Shown piece after piece: positions 16,485-17,005 of a stretch of 17,005 nt of DNA. Both the position numbers and the translations under genes were made by a program. Under the pieces are notes generated by a model. The model had not been told where the DNA came from, did no database searches, and saw only the letters and a list, made by a program, of their open reading frames with translations. Origin of the DNA: Elusimicrobiota bacterium (lineage in GTDB: Bacteria; CG03; SLGR01; JBDRKX01); the NCBI GenBank assembly GCA_043813605.1, contig JBDRKX010000120.1, positions 1-17,005 on the forward strand. The letters run 5' to 3'. Position 1 is the stretch's first letter, and each line of letters begins with the position of its first letter.

Positions 16485-16498
16485 AATTAAAATATAAT
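16471..16498 (+). promoter_or_regulatory. Possible sigma70 promoter for the phosphorylase gene
   Basis: TTGATT (16471-16476), 16-nt spacer, TATAAT (16493-16498). Confidence 0.4.
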
Positions 16499-16556
16499 TA
16501 CACTTATTGCACGAGGTTACATGATCAAACGGTTGTTTACAAGGAGTATACTGATA

Positions 16557-17005
16557 ATGCCAAACTGGATCGAAAATAACGCGCCCAAACTTTTGAATAA
16601 GAAGATATTATACCTATGCATGGAGATGATGATACCCGAACTCAATGAAGACTGCAGACAGGCTAACTTCAAAGGCGGCCTCGGCCTGCTTGCGGGAGAC
16701 ACGATGGAAGGATTCAAAAACCTTGGACTCGATGTGACCGCCGTTATACCTATATATAATTCCAGGTGGAAACAGGCTTTCCAGGATAATACCCAGAGGA
16801 TAATAATAAAACATGTCGACTATATCGGTGAACCCATAGAACCTCTGTCCGGGAACGATGGAGAACAGGTCGTACTCAATGTCGACTTTGAAGGCGTATG
16901 CTACCCTATAAAAGTATTCAAAATGATGCGGGCAGGAGTACCTGTTTATCTTTTATATAACGACGAGGTTTTCGATATCCTTTATAACAGCGACAGGAAG
17001 AGCAG
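16557..17005 (+). CDS. Alpha-glucan (glycogen/maltodextrin) phosphorylase-like, GT35, 3'-partial
   Basis: Not in the ORF track. Open to the window end: MPNWIENNAPKLLNKKILYLCMEM...NFKGGLGLLAGDTMEGFKNLGLDVTAVIPIY..., resembling the YFSME...GGLGxLAGD motif. AAGGAG at 16541-16546; alternative in-frame ATG at 16521. Confidence 0.75.
   Translation, partial: MPNWIENNAPKLLNKKILYLCMEMMIPELNEDCRQANFKGGLGLLAGDTMEGFKNLGLDVTAVIPIYNSRWKQAFQDNTQRIIIKHVDYIGEPIEPLSGNDGEQVVLNVDFEGVCYPIKVFKMMRAGVPVYLLYNDEVFDILYNSDRKS

Noticed and set aside
16517..16814. Minus-strand ORFs 16517-16717 and 16614-16814
   Set aside because: Antisense to the phosphorylase-like gene.
1..17005. CRISPR arrays, tRNA/rRNA, IS elements or integrases
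   Set aside because: None seen; intergenic spaces are short, with no repeat-spacer periodicity or transposase motifs.

Overview
Gene-dense chromosomal window from a probable diderm bacterium (lipoproteins, a TolC remnant, a predicted beta-barrel), mostly on the minus strand. The standout is a compact five-gene operon (12211->6434, minus) resembling a flagellar motor without a flagellum. It encodes a natural fusion of a reduced FliF (signal peptide, RBM3-like ring domain, one TM, FliF C-terminal helices) to FliG; an exported CsgG/FlgO-like protein with a beta-barrel-like C-terminus; an exported coiled-coil/TPR protein; MotA; and MotB, whose TPR extension lies across an A10 frameshift. No export, rod, hook, filament or FliM/FliN genes occur in the window. 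By eye, one torque charge pair is kept (MotA E98/FliG R281 equivalents) and the other is lost in both partners (R90->T, D289->R). Downstream lie a tolC'::'RND deletion scar, a frameshifted AlkD-like gene, an EFR1 flavodoxin-ferredoxin, ankyrin and TPR lipoproteins, and a partial CBM plus beta-1,2-glucanase-like gene missed by the ORF track. At the right is an alpha-glucan locus: GH57, an HTH-less LacI-type protein and a divergent partial glucan phosphorylase (also missed). All homology calls are by-eye motif recognition, not search results.
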